Below, in pieces: positions 9,039 through 20,551 of a stretch of 27,162 bases of DNA; position 1 is the first letter of the stretch; the number at the start of each line of letters is the position of its first letter. The stretch is from an uncultured delta proteobacterium (GTDB lineage: Bacteria; Myxococcota_A; Polyangia; Polyangiales; Polyangiaceae): assembly GCA_963716725.1 (NCBI GenBank), contig CAVQUB010000031.1:1-27162 (forward strand), written 5' to 3'. A program made the translations under genes and the position numbers. Under the pieces are notes generated by a model. That model ran no database searches. It worked only from the letters and a program-made list of their open reading frames with translations, and had not been told where the DNA came from.

Positions 9039-10052
9039 ATGAGAAAAAACTACCTATGCTCGTTCGCTCTCGCGGTCGCAGCCGCGCTGGGAAGCGCATG
9101 CGGCACCAGCAACGACCCATCCGGAGGAGGCGGCGGCGGCACCGCCGGCGCCGGCGGATCGCCTGTGGGTGGCGCGGCCGGCGCGGGGGGCGTGTCTGGC
9201 GCAGCCGGTACGGGGGGCGGCGATCTCAACCCACTGGGGAGGCGGTGCACGGCCGACGCGGATTGCGGCGACCTCGGCCTCTTCTGCCTGACCGCGAACT
9301 CCACCGACCTCGACGGTGAAGGGCCCGCGAAGGGTTACTGCACCATCGAGTGCTCGGACGGCGAGTCCTGTTCGCTGGTCGGCGAGTCCGCGCGTTGTCG
9401 CGAGCTCCAGAACGGCAAGCAGTTCTGCTTCGAGGGGTGCTCCTTCGGGCCACTGGGAACGACGACGCTGGAAGACACCAAGTGCCACGGGAGGCCCGAG
9501 GTTGCGTGCACTCCGTTGTACGTCGGTCAGAACAATGTGTTCGACGCCCCGGTCTGTGTCCCGCGCTGCAACTCGGACGCCGACTGCGGCGGGTCGCTCC
9601 GGTGCAGTCCGCGCACGGGAACCTGCACCACTGCCGACCCTTCGGGAGGCGCCGTGGGCGACCCCTGCACACCGGATGAATTCGGGGGCAACTGCAGAGG
9701 CTGGTGTTCCCCGGTGGTTCTCCCCGGAACCAGCACGATCTACACCCACATGTGCACGGAGGGTTGCACATCCGGGGCGTGGCCGTCGTGCGGCGGCGAC
9801 ACGGGCAACGGCGGGGCGGCCAGCGCCGCGTGTGCGGGTGAGAACACGACGGTTGGCAAGAACGGCGGCACGGGCGCCGGCGATCTCGCCGTCTGTGTTC
9901 CCACCTGCAACTGCAACGCCGAGTGCAAGAACCCCGACTTCGCCTGTTACGCGTCCAAGGACCCCAGCTTCGAGAAGAAGTACGGGAAGCCCGGCCGGTG
10001 CTATGGCCCAAAGACGAGTGCGAACCCGGGCATCGAGGTGTGTCCGGGGTGA
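9039..10052 (+). CDS. Cys-rich lipoprotein of unknown function
   Basis: ATG 9039 after GGGAG; signal ending GSAC; Gly-rich linker; many Cys (CTADADC, CNSDADC); GC3-rich codons. Confidence 0.85.
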   Translation: MRKNYLCSFALAVAAALGSACGTSNDPSGGGGGGTAGAGGSPVGGAAGAGGVSGAAGTGGGDLNPLGRRCTADADCGDLGLFCLTANSTDLDGEGPAKGYCTIECSDGESCSLVGESARCRELQNGKQFCFEGCSFGPLGTTTLEDTKCHGRPEVACTPLYVGQNNVFDAPVCVPRCNSDADCGGSLRCSPRTGTCTTADPSGGAVGDPCTPDEFGGNCRGWCSPVVLPGTSTIYTHMCTEGCTSGAWPSCGGDTGNGGAASAACAGENTTVGKNGGTGAGDLAVCVPTCNCNAECKNPDFACYASKDPSFEKKYGKPGRCYGPKTSANPGIEVCPG

Positions 10053-10068
10053 TCGGCGGCGCGGGTCT

Positions 10069-11412
10069 TCAGAATCGAGGAGGCAACCCGACGGTTGCCG
10101 TCGGCAGGGCCGGCGCGGGCTCCGGCGGGCCCGGCTTCGGGACGGCGGCCTTCGGCCGCGGCTTCGGTGTGGCTCCCGCGTCACGCGAGTTGAGTGAGGA
10201 CGCGCTGGCGGCCGGAGCACTCGCGCGCTCGCTGGTCGCAGTCGCGGGCGTGGCCGGCAACTGGGCGGCCTCCTCGGATGCCGGTTCGGCAGAGAAAGCC
10301 GGCGGCTGCGCATGCGGCGCCCGCGCCCGCGCCAACACCCCGCCCAGCGCCGCGAGCGCGACGACCGCGATCACCACCGCGGCCGGACGAGGCCACGAGG
10401 GAGCGGAGGCCTGCGCCGCCAGTGCTCTGACCAAGTCATCGCAGTTGGCGAAACGATCCTCTGGGCGCTTTGCAAGGCAACGCTCGACGATGCGTTCGAG
10501 CGCCCGGGGCACCGCGGGATTCACGCTCGAGAGCCGCTTGGGGCGATCCCGGTCGATGGCGATCAGCAGCGCGACCGCGCCAGTGGCCACGAATGGCTTC
10601 CGCCCTCCGAGCATCTCGTAGAGCACGACGCCGAACGAGAAGATGTCGCTCCGCTGGTCCACGGGATCGCCTTTGGCCTGCTCCGGAGACATGTAGCTCG
10701 GCGTGCCGAGCACTCGCCCTTCCACGGTAACGATGTCGCTGTGGTCGGTCGTGTCGCTGTCCAGTGGGACCTCGCGGGTGCCGATGGGCTTCGCCAAACC
10801 GAAATCGAGCAGCTTCACCGAACCGGTCGGCGTGACCATCACATTGTCGGGCTTCAGATCTCGGTGCACGATCCCCGATTCGTGTGCCTTCGCGAGTCCG
10901 AGCAATATTTCTCGACCAATGCCCACCGCCTCGGCGACCGGGAGCGCCCCATCGCGGAGTCGGGAGCGGAGCGTGTGCCCTTCGACCAGCTCCATGGCGA
11001 TGTACACGCTCGAGTCGGCGATCTCGTCCACCTCGAACACGGTGGCCACGTTCGGGTGCGTGATCGTCGAGGTCGCCCGAGCCTCGCGGAGGAAGCGCTG
11101 CCTTCGATCCGCATCTGCCGCGAACCTGTCGGGCAACACCTTGAGCGCCACACGCCTGCGAAGCTTCTTGTCCTCCGCCGCGTAGACGATCCCCATGCCC
11201 CCGCGCCCGATTTCGGCGATGATGCGGTACCTCCCGAACTGAGTGCCCACGCGGTTCGTCTCTGGCTGCGGGGGGGCGACCTCGGGGGAAGCAGCGGCTG
11301 CTCGCAGGAACGACTCCTCTGCGCTGTTCCAGCCCTCCTCCGAAGCGGAATCGAGTTCCGACGAGTGCTCGGGGACTTCTGGCGGAGTCTTGGCGGTACT
11401 CGAATCGCTCAT
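10069..11412 (-). CDS. Membrane-anchored Hanks-type Ser/Thr protein kinase
   Basis: IGRGGMGIV, VALK, HRDLKPDN, DFG, GTPSYMSPE, DIFSFG; TM AAVVIAVVALAALGGVLA; start ATG 11412 preferred over TTG 11478. Confidence 0.93.
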   Translation of the reverse strand: MSDSSTAKTPPEVPEHSSELDSASEEGWNSAEESFLRAAAASPEVAPPQPETNRVGTQFGRYRIIAEIGRGGMGIVYAAEDKKLRRRVALKVLPDRFAADADRRQRFLREARATSTITHPNVATVFEVDEIADSSVYIAMELVEGHTLRSRLRDGALPVAEAVGIGREILLGLAKAHESGIVHRDLKPDNVMVTPTGSVKLLDFGLAKPIGTREVPLDSDTTDHSDIVTVEGRVLGTPSYMSPEQAKGDPVDQRSDIFSFGVVLYEMLGGRKPFVATGAVALLIAIDRDRPKRLSSVNPAVPRALERIVERCLAKRPEDRFANCDDLVRALAAQASAPSWPRPAAVVIAVVALAALGGVLARARAPHAQPPAFSAEPASEEAAQLPATPATATSERASAPAASASSLNSRDAGATPKPRPKAAVPKPGPPEPAPALPTATVGLPPRF

Positions 11413-11533
11413 CGACCGTCCGGCCCGCCTGCGTTCTTTGGGGAACTGCCCATCACCCGCTCGAGAGCAGGATAACACGCCGCTCCACCGCAGCGCGGAG
11501 CGGTGCTAGCGTCGGGACACCGGCGGACGTGGC

Positions 11534-12166
11534 ATGGACAGCGAAGGACCGAACGAGCTCGAGCAAGAGATTCGGCGGCGCTTCGATTCCGGCGACATGT
11601 CGGGAGCGGCCACGGCGGCGATGCGTGGATACGGGCCAGAGCTCTTCGGCTTCCTGATGACCTTCCATCGGGACGAGACCATGGCGTCCGAGGCGTTTTC
11701 AGAGGCCGGAGAGCGCATCTGGCGAGGCCTCCCCAGCTTCGCCTGGGACTCTTCGTTCAGGACCTGGGCCTACGCGGTGACGCGACGGGTCGCGCTCACC
11801 TACCAGCGCGACACGCGGCGCCGCTGGCGCCGCCAGCAGGTCCTGCCGGAATCGGCCGAGCTTTCCGGCATCGCCGAGCAAGTGCGCAGCGCTACCCTGA
11901 CGTACCTCAGGTCCGAGACCAAGACACGCGCGGCCCAGCTCCGCGAGACGCTCTCCCGAGAAGACCAGGAACTCCTCGTGTTGCGCATCGACAAGGGGCT
12001 GGCATGGAACGACCTGGCCCTCGTCCTTCATGAGGGAGAAGCTCCGCTCGAAGCAGTGGAGCTTCGACGCGAGGCCGCCCGACTGCGCAAGCGCTTTCAA
12101 CTGGCAAAGCAGAGGCTGCTGGAGCTCGCAAAGAACGAAGGCCTCGTCGGGGCCGGGCGTGAGTGA
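11534..12166 (+). CDS. ECF-type RNA polymerase sigma-70 factor
   Basis: Region 2: YGPELFGFL..WRGLPSFAWDSSFRTWAYAV; region 4: LSREDQELLVLRIDKGLAWNDLA; 210 aa. Confidence 0.88.
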   Translation: MDSEGPNELEQEIRRRFDSGDMSGAATAAMRGYGPELFGFLMTFHRDETMASEAFSEAGERIWRGLPSFAWDSSFRTWAYAVTRRVALTYQRDTRRRWRRQQVLPESAELSGIAEQVRSATLTYLRSETKTRAAQLRETLSREDQELLVLRIDKGLAWNDLALVLHEGEAPLEAVELRREAARLRKRFQLAKQRLLELAKNEGLVGAGRE

Positions 12167-12652
12167 CTACTCGCAGAGCCACCACTCGTTGTTGGGACAA
12201 CCCTCCTCGAACTCGGCGCGCTGCGAGCACGCCTGCGTGGGGTCAACGGCCAACAGGTAGCTGCCCGCGAACTCTCGACAGTCTCGGGATAAATCGGCCG
12301 CGAGCATCCATTCGCCGCTCGCGGTGGCCCGATACTCGATCACGCAGTTCGCGCAAAGCGACACCGGTCCGAGCTCGTTGTCCGGCAGCTCCGTGCAACG
12401 ATGCTCGTCCATCGACTCGACTTGGCCCTCGGCTCCCAGTCCGATGCACACTCGGGATCGCGCGGCCGGGTTGAACGAGCTCCGCAGTTGCCCGACGAAA
12501 GACTCCGGGCGTGGGGGCTGTTCCGGTTGGCCCGCGCCGCTCGGCACAGCTGAATTTGACTCGGAAGGAAGCTCCTGCTCCGCGGTTTCCGGGGCAACCG
12601 CGCAGGCGGCGCTGAGGGTGCCGAGCAGGGCAATGATGACAATTTTCGGCAT
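12167..12652 (-). CDS. Hypothetical lipoprotein
   Basis: ATG 12652 after GGAG; MPKIVIIALLGTLSAAC signal/lipobox; several Cys. Confidence 0.7.
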   Translation of the reverse strand: MPKIVIIALLGTLSAACAVAPETAEQELPSESNSAVPSGAGQPEQPPRPESFVGQLRSSFNPAARSRVCIGLGAEGQVESMDEHRCTELPDNELGPVSLCANCVIEYRATASGEWMLAADLSRDCREFAGSYLLAVDPTQACSQRAEFEEGCPNNEWWLCE

Positions 12653-12741
12653 TTTTGCGTCTCCGCCGAGACAGACGCCACCACCGACCGATGTGAAGTC
12701 CTGCGGCGCGAAAAATTGACCATTCTCCAGCAAGGCATCGG

Positions 12742-13059
12742 GTGGCATCAATTCGCGTCATGTGCGACGAGATCCCGGCCCCCGACGGCGTGTCCAGCGT
12801 GATCGTCGAGGGCGACGACGGCGAACTGATGCTCATCGGGTTCTCCATACCGGAGCCGGTGATCCCCGATGGACTCTCGCCCTCTGAGGTGGAGGTGGCC
12901 AAGTTGCTTCTGGCCGACATGAAGCCAGAGGCCATCGCGGTCGCGAGAGACTCGTCCGTCAATACCGTGCGAAACCAGATCCGAAGCATCCACGCCAAGC
13001 TCGGCGTCGCCAATACTGCCGAGTTCGCCCGGCTGTGCTCCGCGAAGCCCTCTCGCTGA
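12742..13059 (+). CDS. Small LuxR/GerE-type HTH regulator
   Basis: LSPSEVEVAKLLLADMKPEAIAVARDSSVNTVRNQIRSIHAKLGV; no receiver domain. Confidence 0.85.
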   Translation: MASIRVMCDEIPAPDGVSSVIVEGDDGELMLIGFSIPEPVIPDGLSPSEVEVAKLLLADMKPEAIAVARDSSVNTVRNQIRSIHAKLGVANTAEFARLCSAKPSR

Positions 13060-13111
13060 ACAGAGACGTTTCACATCCGGATCCGTCGGCTTCTGCCTCG
13101 ACGGAGAACGG

Positions 13112-13696
13112 ATGGCGAAGAATCAAACTTCGGTTGCGAGCGTGCTTGCACCGCGGGTGTCGCGGACCGACCCATGCCCCGACACGGCGATCGAGTGCGC
13201 GCCCGCAGCACACTCCATCGTACGTCCGCTAGCCATCTGCACCGCAAACGCCGCGTCGCTCTCGCCGGGCGACAACGCTGTCTCGCGCGACACCGCCCGA
13301 GGCGAGGGTGAGCCAGCCGAACTGGGCTCTCTGGTCGACGCGACGCGGGCGGCCGTTCGCTCGCCGAATTGCCGAGTTGTCCAGATCGGCGACGGCTGGG
13401 GAGCCTTGCTTTCTGGCGACTGGTCGCTGGTCGACCACGCCGATCGCGACGGCAAACGCTGGCTGGTAGCCCGTCGAACCACGTCGAAGACGACGGGGCT
13501 CAAGGCTGTCGAGCGGCGGGTTCTCGCGCTCGCGACCCAGGGAAACGGACACAAGCAGACCGCCTTCGCCCTCGGCATTTCCGTCTCGGCGGCCTGCGAG
13601 CACTTGCACCGCGGACTCCGAAAACTCGGCCTTCGAAGTCGAACCGAGCTCGTCGCCCATTGTTCCAAACCAGAAATCGAAAGCAACCCCACATGA
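13112..13696 (+). CDS. LuxR-type C-terminal HTH regulator
   Basis: LKAVERRVLALATQGNGHKQTAFALGISVSAACEHLHRGLRKLGL; stop overlaps next ATG; start uncertain. Confidence 0.75.
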   Translation: MAKNQTSVASVLAPRVSRTDPCPDTAIECAPAAHSIVRPLAICTANAASLSPGDNAVSRDTARGEGEPAELGSLVDATRAAVRSPNCRVVQIGDGWGALLSGDWSLVDHADRDGKRWLVARRTTSKTTGLKAVERRVLALATQGNGHKQTAFALGISVSAACEHLHRGLRKLGLRSRTELVAHCSKPEIESNPT

Positions 13697-14829
13697 CCCA
13701 AAGTTCCGACGTATTTGAGCCCACCCGGCCCACGCCCACGACTGCTCGCCGCCCTTCGCCATCCCCCGCCGACACTTCCCCGCTGCTTCGGGCACACACA
13801 GCCAGAGTCGTCCGAGATCTGGAGCGCTACCTCGCACACTTCGATCGCATCGACGCCGAAGCCGCGTCGCTCGAGCCCGACCAGGGTGAACGGATGCGAG
13901 CTCTGTCCATGGAGCAACACGGCCCTGAGATGTTGGCTACGATTGACCTCCATCTGGCCGCCCTCGAGACCGTCGATGGACGACTGGCACCCGAGTCGCG
14001 AGTCGCGGCTCGCAGCTACTTTCGCGAGCGGGTATGGAAGTATTTGCAAAGGTCCGAGTTCCACGCACGGACGGTCTTGAAGCCGCGCGGCTACGCCGGC
14101 GACTCGGTGCTCATGCAGTGGATCTACGACGCCGAGCGCGTTGGCGATTCCACGTTCGGGATGCTGCTCCACGGGCATGTCGTCGGGGTGGAAGCCGCGC
14201 AGGCGGTACGCAACCGTCGTCGCAAGATCGCGGCTGAAGTGCGAAGCTCGAGCGCCGCGCTGACGGGCCGAATGAGCCGGCCCTTCGAGATCCTTTCGGT
14301 TGCTTGTGGACCCGCGTGGGAGCTTCGCGACCTATTTCAGCAGCGCGAGGACGCCGCGCGCTACTCGTTGACCTTGCTCGACCAGGATCCCCAGGCGCTC
14401 AGCGAAGCTCGAAGCGCCGTAGAAGGTGCGGCGCGAGCCATCGATGGCGAGATCCACGCTCGCTACTTGTGCGAATCGGTGAAGACCAAGCGCACCGCCG
14501 CGGAGCTCGCAGAGGTCTGGGGGCGCTTCGACTTCATCTATTCGATGGGCCTGTTCGACTACCTGACCGAGAAGACGGCCAAGGGCCTACTCTCGACGCT
14601 GTACGGCCAACTCCAGCCCGGTGGGCGCATGATCATCGGGAACTACCACGTTGGTTGCGCGACCCGGCTGTACCTGGACTACTGGATGGATTGGCCGCTC
14701 GTCTATCGCACGGAGAGCCAGCTCTTCGCGTTGGCCGGCGGGCTCCCCTCAGCGCGTACCAACATCTCGTTCGAGACGACGCGCAGCCAGATGTACCTCG
14801 AAATCAGCAAGCCGGTCGAAGCCACCTGA
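13693..14829 (+). CDS. Class I SAM-dependent methyltransferase, PhcB-like
   Basis: ATGA coupling at 13693; KPRGYAGD, AQAVRNRR, motif I ILSVACGP, LLDQD, FDFIYSMGLFDYL, PGG..IIGN, WPLVYRT. Confidence 0.85.
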   Translation: MTQSSDVFEPTRPTPTTARRPSPSPADTSPLLRAHTARVVRDLERYLAHFDRIDAEAASLEPDQGERMRALSMEQHGPEMLATIDLHLAALETVDGRLAPESRVAARSYFRERVWKYLQRSEFHARTVLKPRGYAGDSVLMQWIYDAERVGDSTFGMLLHGHVVGVEAAQAVRNRRRKIAAEVRSSSAALTGRMSRPFEILSVACGPAWELRDLFQQREDAARYSLTLLDQDPQALSEARSAVEGAARAIDGEIHARYLCESVKTKRTAAELAEVWGRFDFIYSMGLFDYLTEKTAKGLLSTLYGQLQPGGRMIIGNYHVGCATRLYLDYWMDWPLVYRTESQLFALAGGLPSARTNISFETTRSQMYLEISKPVEAT

Positions 14830-14831
14830 TC

Positions 14832-15177
14832 CGTCTCGAAAGAGGGCCAGATCACCGGGCACACCATCGGCATGAGCACGCGCGTGGGGATGGGTGCGCG
14901 GCTGGGGTGTGCGCGGTGAGGGTGGCCCCTTCGACCGGAAAGACCTTCTCCGCCACGTCTGGGCCGTAGAGCCGGTCCGCCAGTCGGTTTCGCACAGCGC
15001 GGTCGGCGAGCGCAGGGGCGTCGGCCCTGATCGCAGCCTCGGCAAGCGTTCTCACCATGGAAATTGCGCGTCTCGGCGGCGGGCGACGTGTCGTGCAAGG
15101 CCCCTCCAGAATAGGGCGGGCGCACCAGCGCTCGCAAGCAGCGGTGCATGGGCACGCGCGTCGGCATGAACATGCGG
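14832..15177 (+). repeat. Direct repeat copy 1 (346 bp; lacks 59 bp present in copy 2)
   Basis: Aligns by eye to 22303..22707 with scattered substitutions; 22532..22590 is absent after 15060. Confidence 0.95.
14852..15098 (-). pseudogene. Deleted copy of the small ORF at 22323..22628
   Basis: LHDTSPAAETR then 59-bp frameshifting deletion, then MVRTLAEAAIRADAPALADRAVRNRLADRLYGP. Confidence 0.7.
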
Positions 15178-15249
15178 GCCTCCGTTTCGACCGGCCGCCT
15201 GACGGGCGTCAGTTGCGCGGCGTAGCGCGTGGACGTAGGTCGGGGCCCC

Positions 15250-16302
15250 ATGATCACACGCACTCGCACTTTCGCCTTGATCGCCATCGGGTTGAGCTCC
15301 GTCGCCTGCAGCGGCAGCGACGAATCAGAAACCAAGAAGTACCAGAGCACCGAGGACTTGGTGTTCGTCGCGGACGAGGACAGCGGGACCGTCTCGGTGA
15401 TCGAGGAGGGCAAGAACCGGGTACTCGAGACGATTGCGATCCCGAACATGCGCATGCCCCACAACGTGCAGGTCTCCCCCGACGGCAACAGCGTCTGGGT
15501 GGCCGCCGCGGCCATGATGCACGGTCAGCAGGACCAGGCCATCGTCATCGATCCGAATACGATGAAGGTCGTGGCCACCGTCGACCTCGGGGAGGAGCTT
15601 CATGTCGCCCACGTGGTGCTCGACGCCACGTCGAAGCGCGCCTACGTGACGGCCAACGAAGGAAACTCGGTGTTCGAGATCGACGCGGAGACCAAAGCGA
15701 TCACCCGCACCATCGATCTTGGCGCCGATCGCGGCCCGCACGGGGCGCGCTTCTGCGGCGACAGCTTGTACGTCGCCGGCATGAAGTCGAAGACCTTGAT
15801 CATCATCGACCCCGTCAGCGGCTCCACCAGCGAGGTCGACTTGGGTGGCGTCGCGGTGCAGACGGCCTGCACCCCAGACGGAACGTACGTATTCGCCACG
15901 CTCTACGACACCAAGGAGGTGGTCCGCTACGAGATCGCCACCAAGAAGCTGGATCGTGTCGCGTTGCCCGGCGACGCTCAGGGGCCGGTGCAGCTCTATC
16001 CTTCGCCCGATTCAGCCACGCTCTGGGTTTGCGACCAAGGGCTGCTCGAAGGCCGGCCCGCGTCCAACAAACTGTTCAGGGTGGACGCGGCCAAGCTCCA
16101 GATTTCCGGCGCCGTCGAGGTCGGGAGTGGTGCGCATGGCGTCGTCGTCAGCGACGACGGTGCGCTCGCCTACGTCACGAACTTGGCGGACAACACTGTC
16201 TCGGTGGTGGATACCGCCGGGATGAAGGCGATAGCGACCGTGCCGGTGGGGACGAAACCCAACGGCATCTCCCACTGGCACCGCAGTGGCGGAATGCCCT
16301 AG
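15250..16302 (+). CDS. YVTN/YncE-family beta-propeller lipoprotein
   Basis: Lipobox SVAC; blade repeats incl. AYVTANEGNSV and AYVTNLADNTVSVVD..VPVGTKPNGI. Confidence 0.9.
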   Translation: MITRTRTFALIAIGLSSVACSGSDESETKKYQSTEDLVFVADEDSGTVSVIEEGKNRVLETIAIPNMRMPHNVQVSPDGNSVWVAAAAMMHGQQDQAIVIDPNTMKVVATVDLGEELHVAHVVLDATSKRAYVTANEGNSVFEIDAETKAITRTIDLGADRGPHGARFCGDSLYVAGMKSKTLIIIDPVSGSTSEVDLGGVAVQTACTPDGTYVFATLYDTKEVVRYEIATKKLDRVALPGDAQGPVQLYPSPDSATLWVCDQGLLEGRPASNKLFRVDAAKLQISGAVEVGSGAHGVVVSDDGALAYVTNLADNTVSVVDTAGMKAIATVPVGTKPNGISHWHRSGGMP

Positions 16303-16319
16303 AGCGCACTAGGTCCCGC

Positions 16320-18683
<2,364 letters not shown>

Positions 18684-18728
18684 GGTTGTTCGGACCGCGG
18701 CGCTCGGCGCCGACGCTCCGCCTCGGGG

Positions 18729-18953
18729 TCAGTCCTTCTTCGGGACGAGTTTCATCCCGCACTTCGGGCACTGACTGGGTTTGTCGTCCGTGACCTCGGG
18801 GTGCATCGGGCAGACGTACCGGGTCGCCTCCGCCGTCGGCTGCGCCTGGGACGGCTCTGCCGCGGGCTTGCTGTCGCAGGCCGCGGAGAGCGCAGCGGTC
18901 GCCAGCGCGACGGCCAATCCGGAGAACACTTTCTTGGAGTAGCGGGTCATCAT
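18729..18953 (-). CDS. Small lipoprotein with heavy-metal-binding domain
   Basis: Signal ending [21 protein letters not shown]. Confidence 0.88.
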   Translation of the reverse strand: MMTRYSKKVFSGLAVALATAALSAACDSKPAAEPSQAQPTAEATRYVCPMHPEVTDDKPSQCPKCGMKLVPKKD

Positions 18954-18965
18954 GCGGGGGCTCGT

Positions 18966-18981
18966 CGCAAGCTTCGCGCCA
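18966..18981 (-). promoter_or_regulatory. Sigma54 (-24/-12) promoter for the lipoprotein-copA genes
   Basis: TGGCGCGAAGCTTGCG on minus strand, exact GG-N10-GC spacing, 12 bp upstream of ATG 18953; bEBP encoded next door. Confidence 0.8.
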
Positions 18982-19053
18982 CCCGACCCGCCCGGGGATC
19001 GAGCGAGCAATTCCAGAATTCGCCGGCGAGCTCGGGGCCTCGCCCTGGGCAGC

Positions 19054-19091
19054 TGTGACCCGATGGGATCCGGTGTGACCGAGCGGGTCAC
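19054..19091. promoter_or_regulatory. Candidate tandem enhancer (UAS) sites for the sigma54 activator
   Basis: GTGACC-N5-GGTCAC (19075-19091) and imperfect GTGACC-N5-GGATCC (19055-19071), 20 bp apart, 74-110 bp upstream of the -24 element. Confidence 0.6.
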
Positions 19092-19170
19092 CGGGGCGCG
19101 CTCCTCGCTCAGCCGCCGCAGTTGGCGCTGTCGTTGCCCCGGCTGCGGCAGCCGCGTGCCGCATGCCGCC

Positions 19171-20551
19171 TCAGCCGCTGTCCGCTCGCACGCCGTAACG
19201 TCGCAAGAGTCGGTAGAAGCTCTCGCGCTCGATGCCCGCGTGCGCCGCCGCATCTGCCACGCGCCCACCGAAGCGATCCATCACCGCCGTGAGGTAGAGC
19301 TGCGCCGCGTCGTCACGCGCGCGGTCGAGGGCCGCCTGCCAGCTCGAAATCGGCTAGGTCACCACCGTCGCCCGGCGCGGGGCGTCGGAGCACTTCGTCC
19401 GGCAGGTCGCTGACGTCGATGGTGTCTCCCGGCGCCAGCAAACACGCGCGCTCGACCGCGGATCGGAGCTGCCGCACGTTGCCGGGCCACTCGTAGGCGC
19501 TGAGTTTGGAGAGCGCCTCGTCGCTGAAACCCAGGATCCGACGTTCCGAAATGGTCGCGGCGCGCTCGCGCAAGAAGTGTCGCGAGAGCAGCGGCACGTC
19601 CTCCTTGCGCTCGCGGAGCGGCGGAACGCGGACGAGCGCCACGTTCAGGCGGTACCAGAGATCCTCACGGAACGATCCGGCCCCCACCATCGCTTCCAGA
19701 TCACGATGGGTCGCGGCGACCAGACGCACGTCGACCGCGCGCTCGCGGGACTCGCCCAAGCGGCGCACGGCCTTCTCTTCGATGGCGCGGGTGAGCTTGG
19801 CCTGAAGTGACAGCCGGAGCTCCCCGATCTCGTCCAAGAACAGCGTGCCCTGGTGGGCCTCTTCGAACAGGCCTCCGCGGTCGCGCCCGGCGCCGGTGAA
19901 CGCACCGCGCGCGTATCCAAACAGCTCACTCTCCAGCAGCTCGGCCGGAATCGCGGCGCAGTTGACCGCCACGAATCGCTGGGAGGCCCGGGCGCCCAGC
20001 CCGTGAATGGCGCGGGCGATGCGCTCCTTGCCGGTGCCGGTCTCCCCAATCACCAGCGCGGTGGCGTCGCTGGTGGCGTAGCGCTGGACCAGCGACGCGA
20101 GCTGTTGCATCGGCTGGGAGCGCCCGACCAAGCCCGGCAACAACTCCTTGGGCAGCGCAGGGTCGTCAGCCGGGTCTCCAGTCGGAGCCGAGCGCCCCAC
20201 GGCGCTGAGGACGACTCCACGCAACACCTCGGGCTCGAAGGGTTTGGTGATGTAGTCGTAGGCGCCGAGCCGCAGCGCCTCGACGGCGGTGGCCACCGAA
20301 GCATGGGCCGTCATCAGGATGAACTCGGTGTTCGGCCGCAGACGCTTGCACTCGCGGAGAACTTCGATGCCCTCCATGTCTGGCATGCGCAGATCACACA
20401 CGACGACGGACACGGGCTTGGTCTTCAGGAACTCGATCGCCTCGCGCCCTCCGGACGCCGTCCAAACGCGCACGTCCTTGCCGAGCACCTTCTTGACCAG
20501 GCTCAGCATGTTGGCTCGGTCGTCGACCACGAGCACGCTGTGTTCAGTCAC
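19171..20551 (-). CDS. Sigma54-dependent NtrC-family response regulator (CorR-like), one frameshift at ~19346
   Basis: [54 protein letters not shown]; shifted frame gives Fis [26 protein letters not shown], stop at 19171. Confidence 0.92.

Noticed and set aside
14832..15177. Repeats as IS copies of a composite transposon
   Set aside because: No transposase motif or terminal inverted repeats; content is a gene tail plus a small ORF.
15199..15216. Sigma54 promoter upstream of the propeller gene
   Set aside because: GG to GC spacing is 9, not 10; only a short CTGACG-GG-CGTCAG palindrome of unknown meaning remains.
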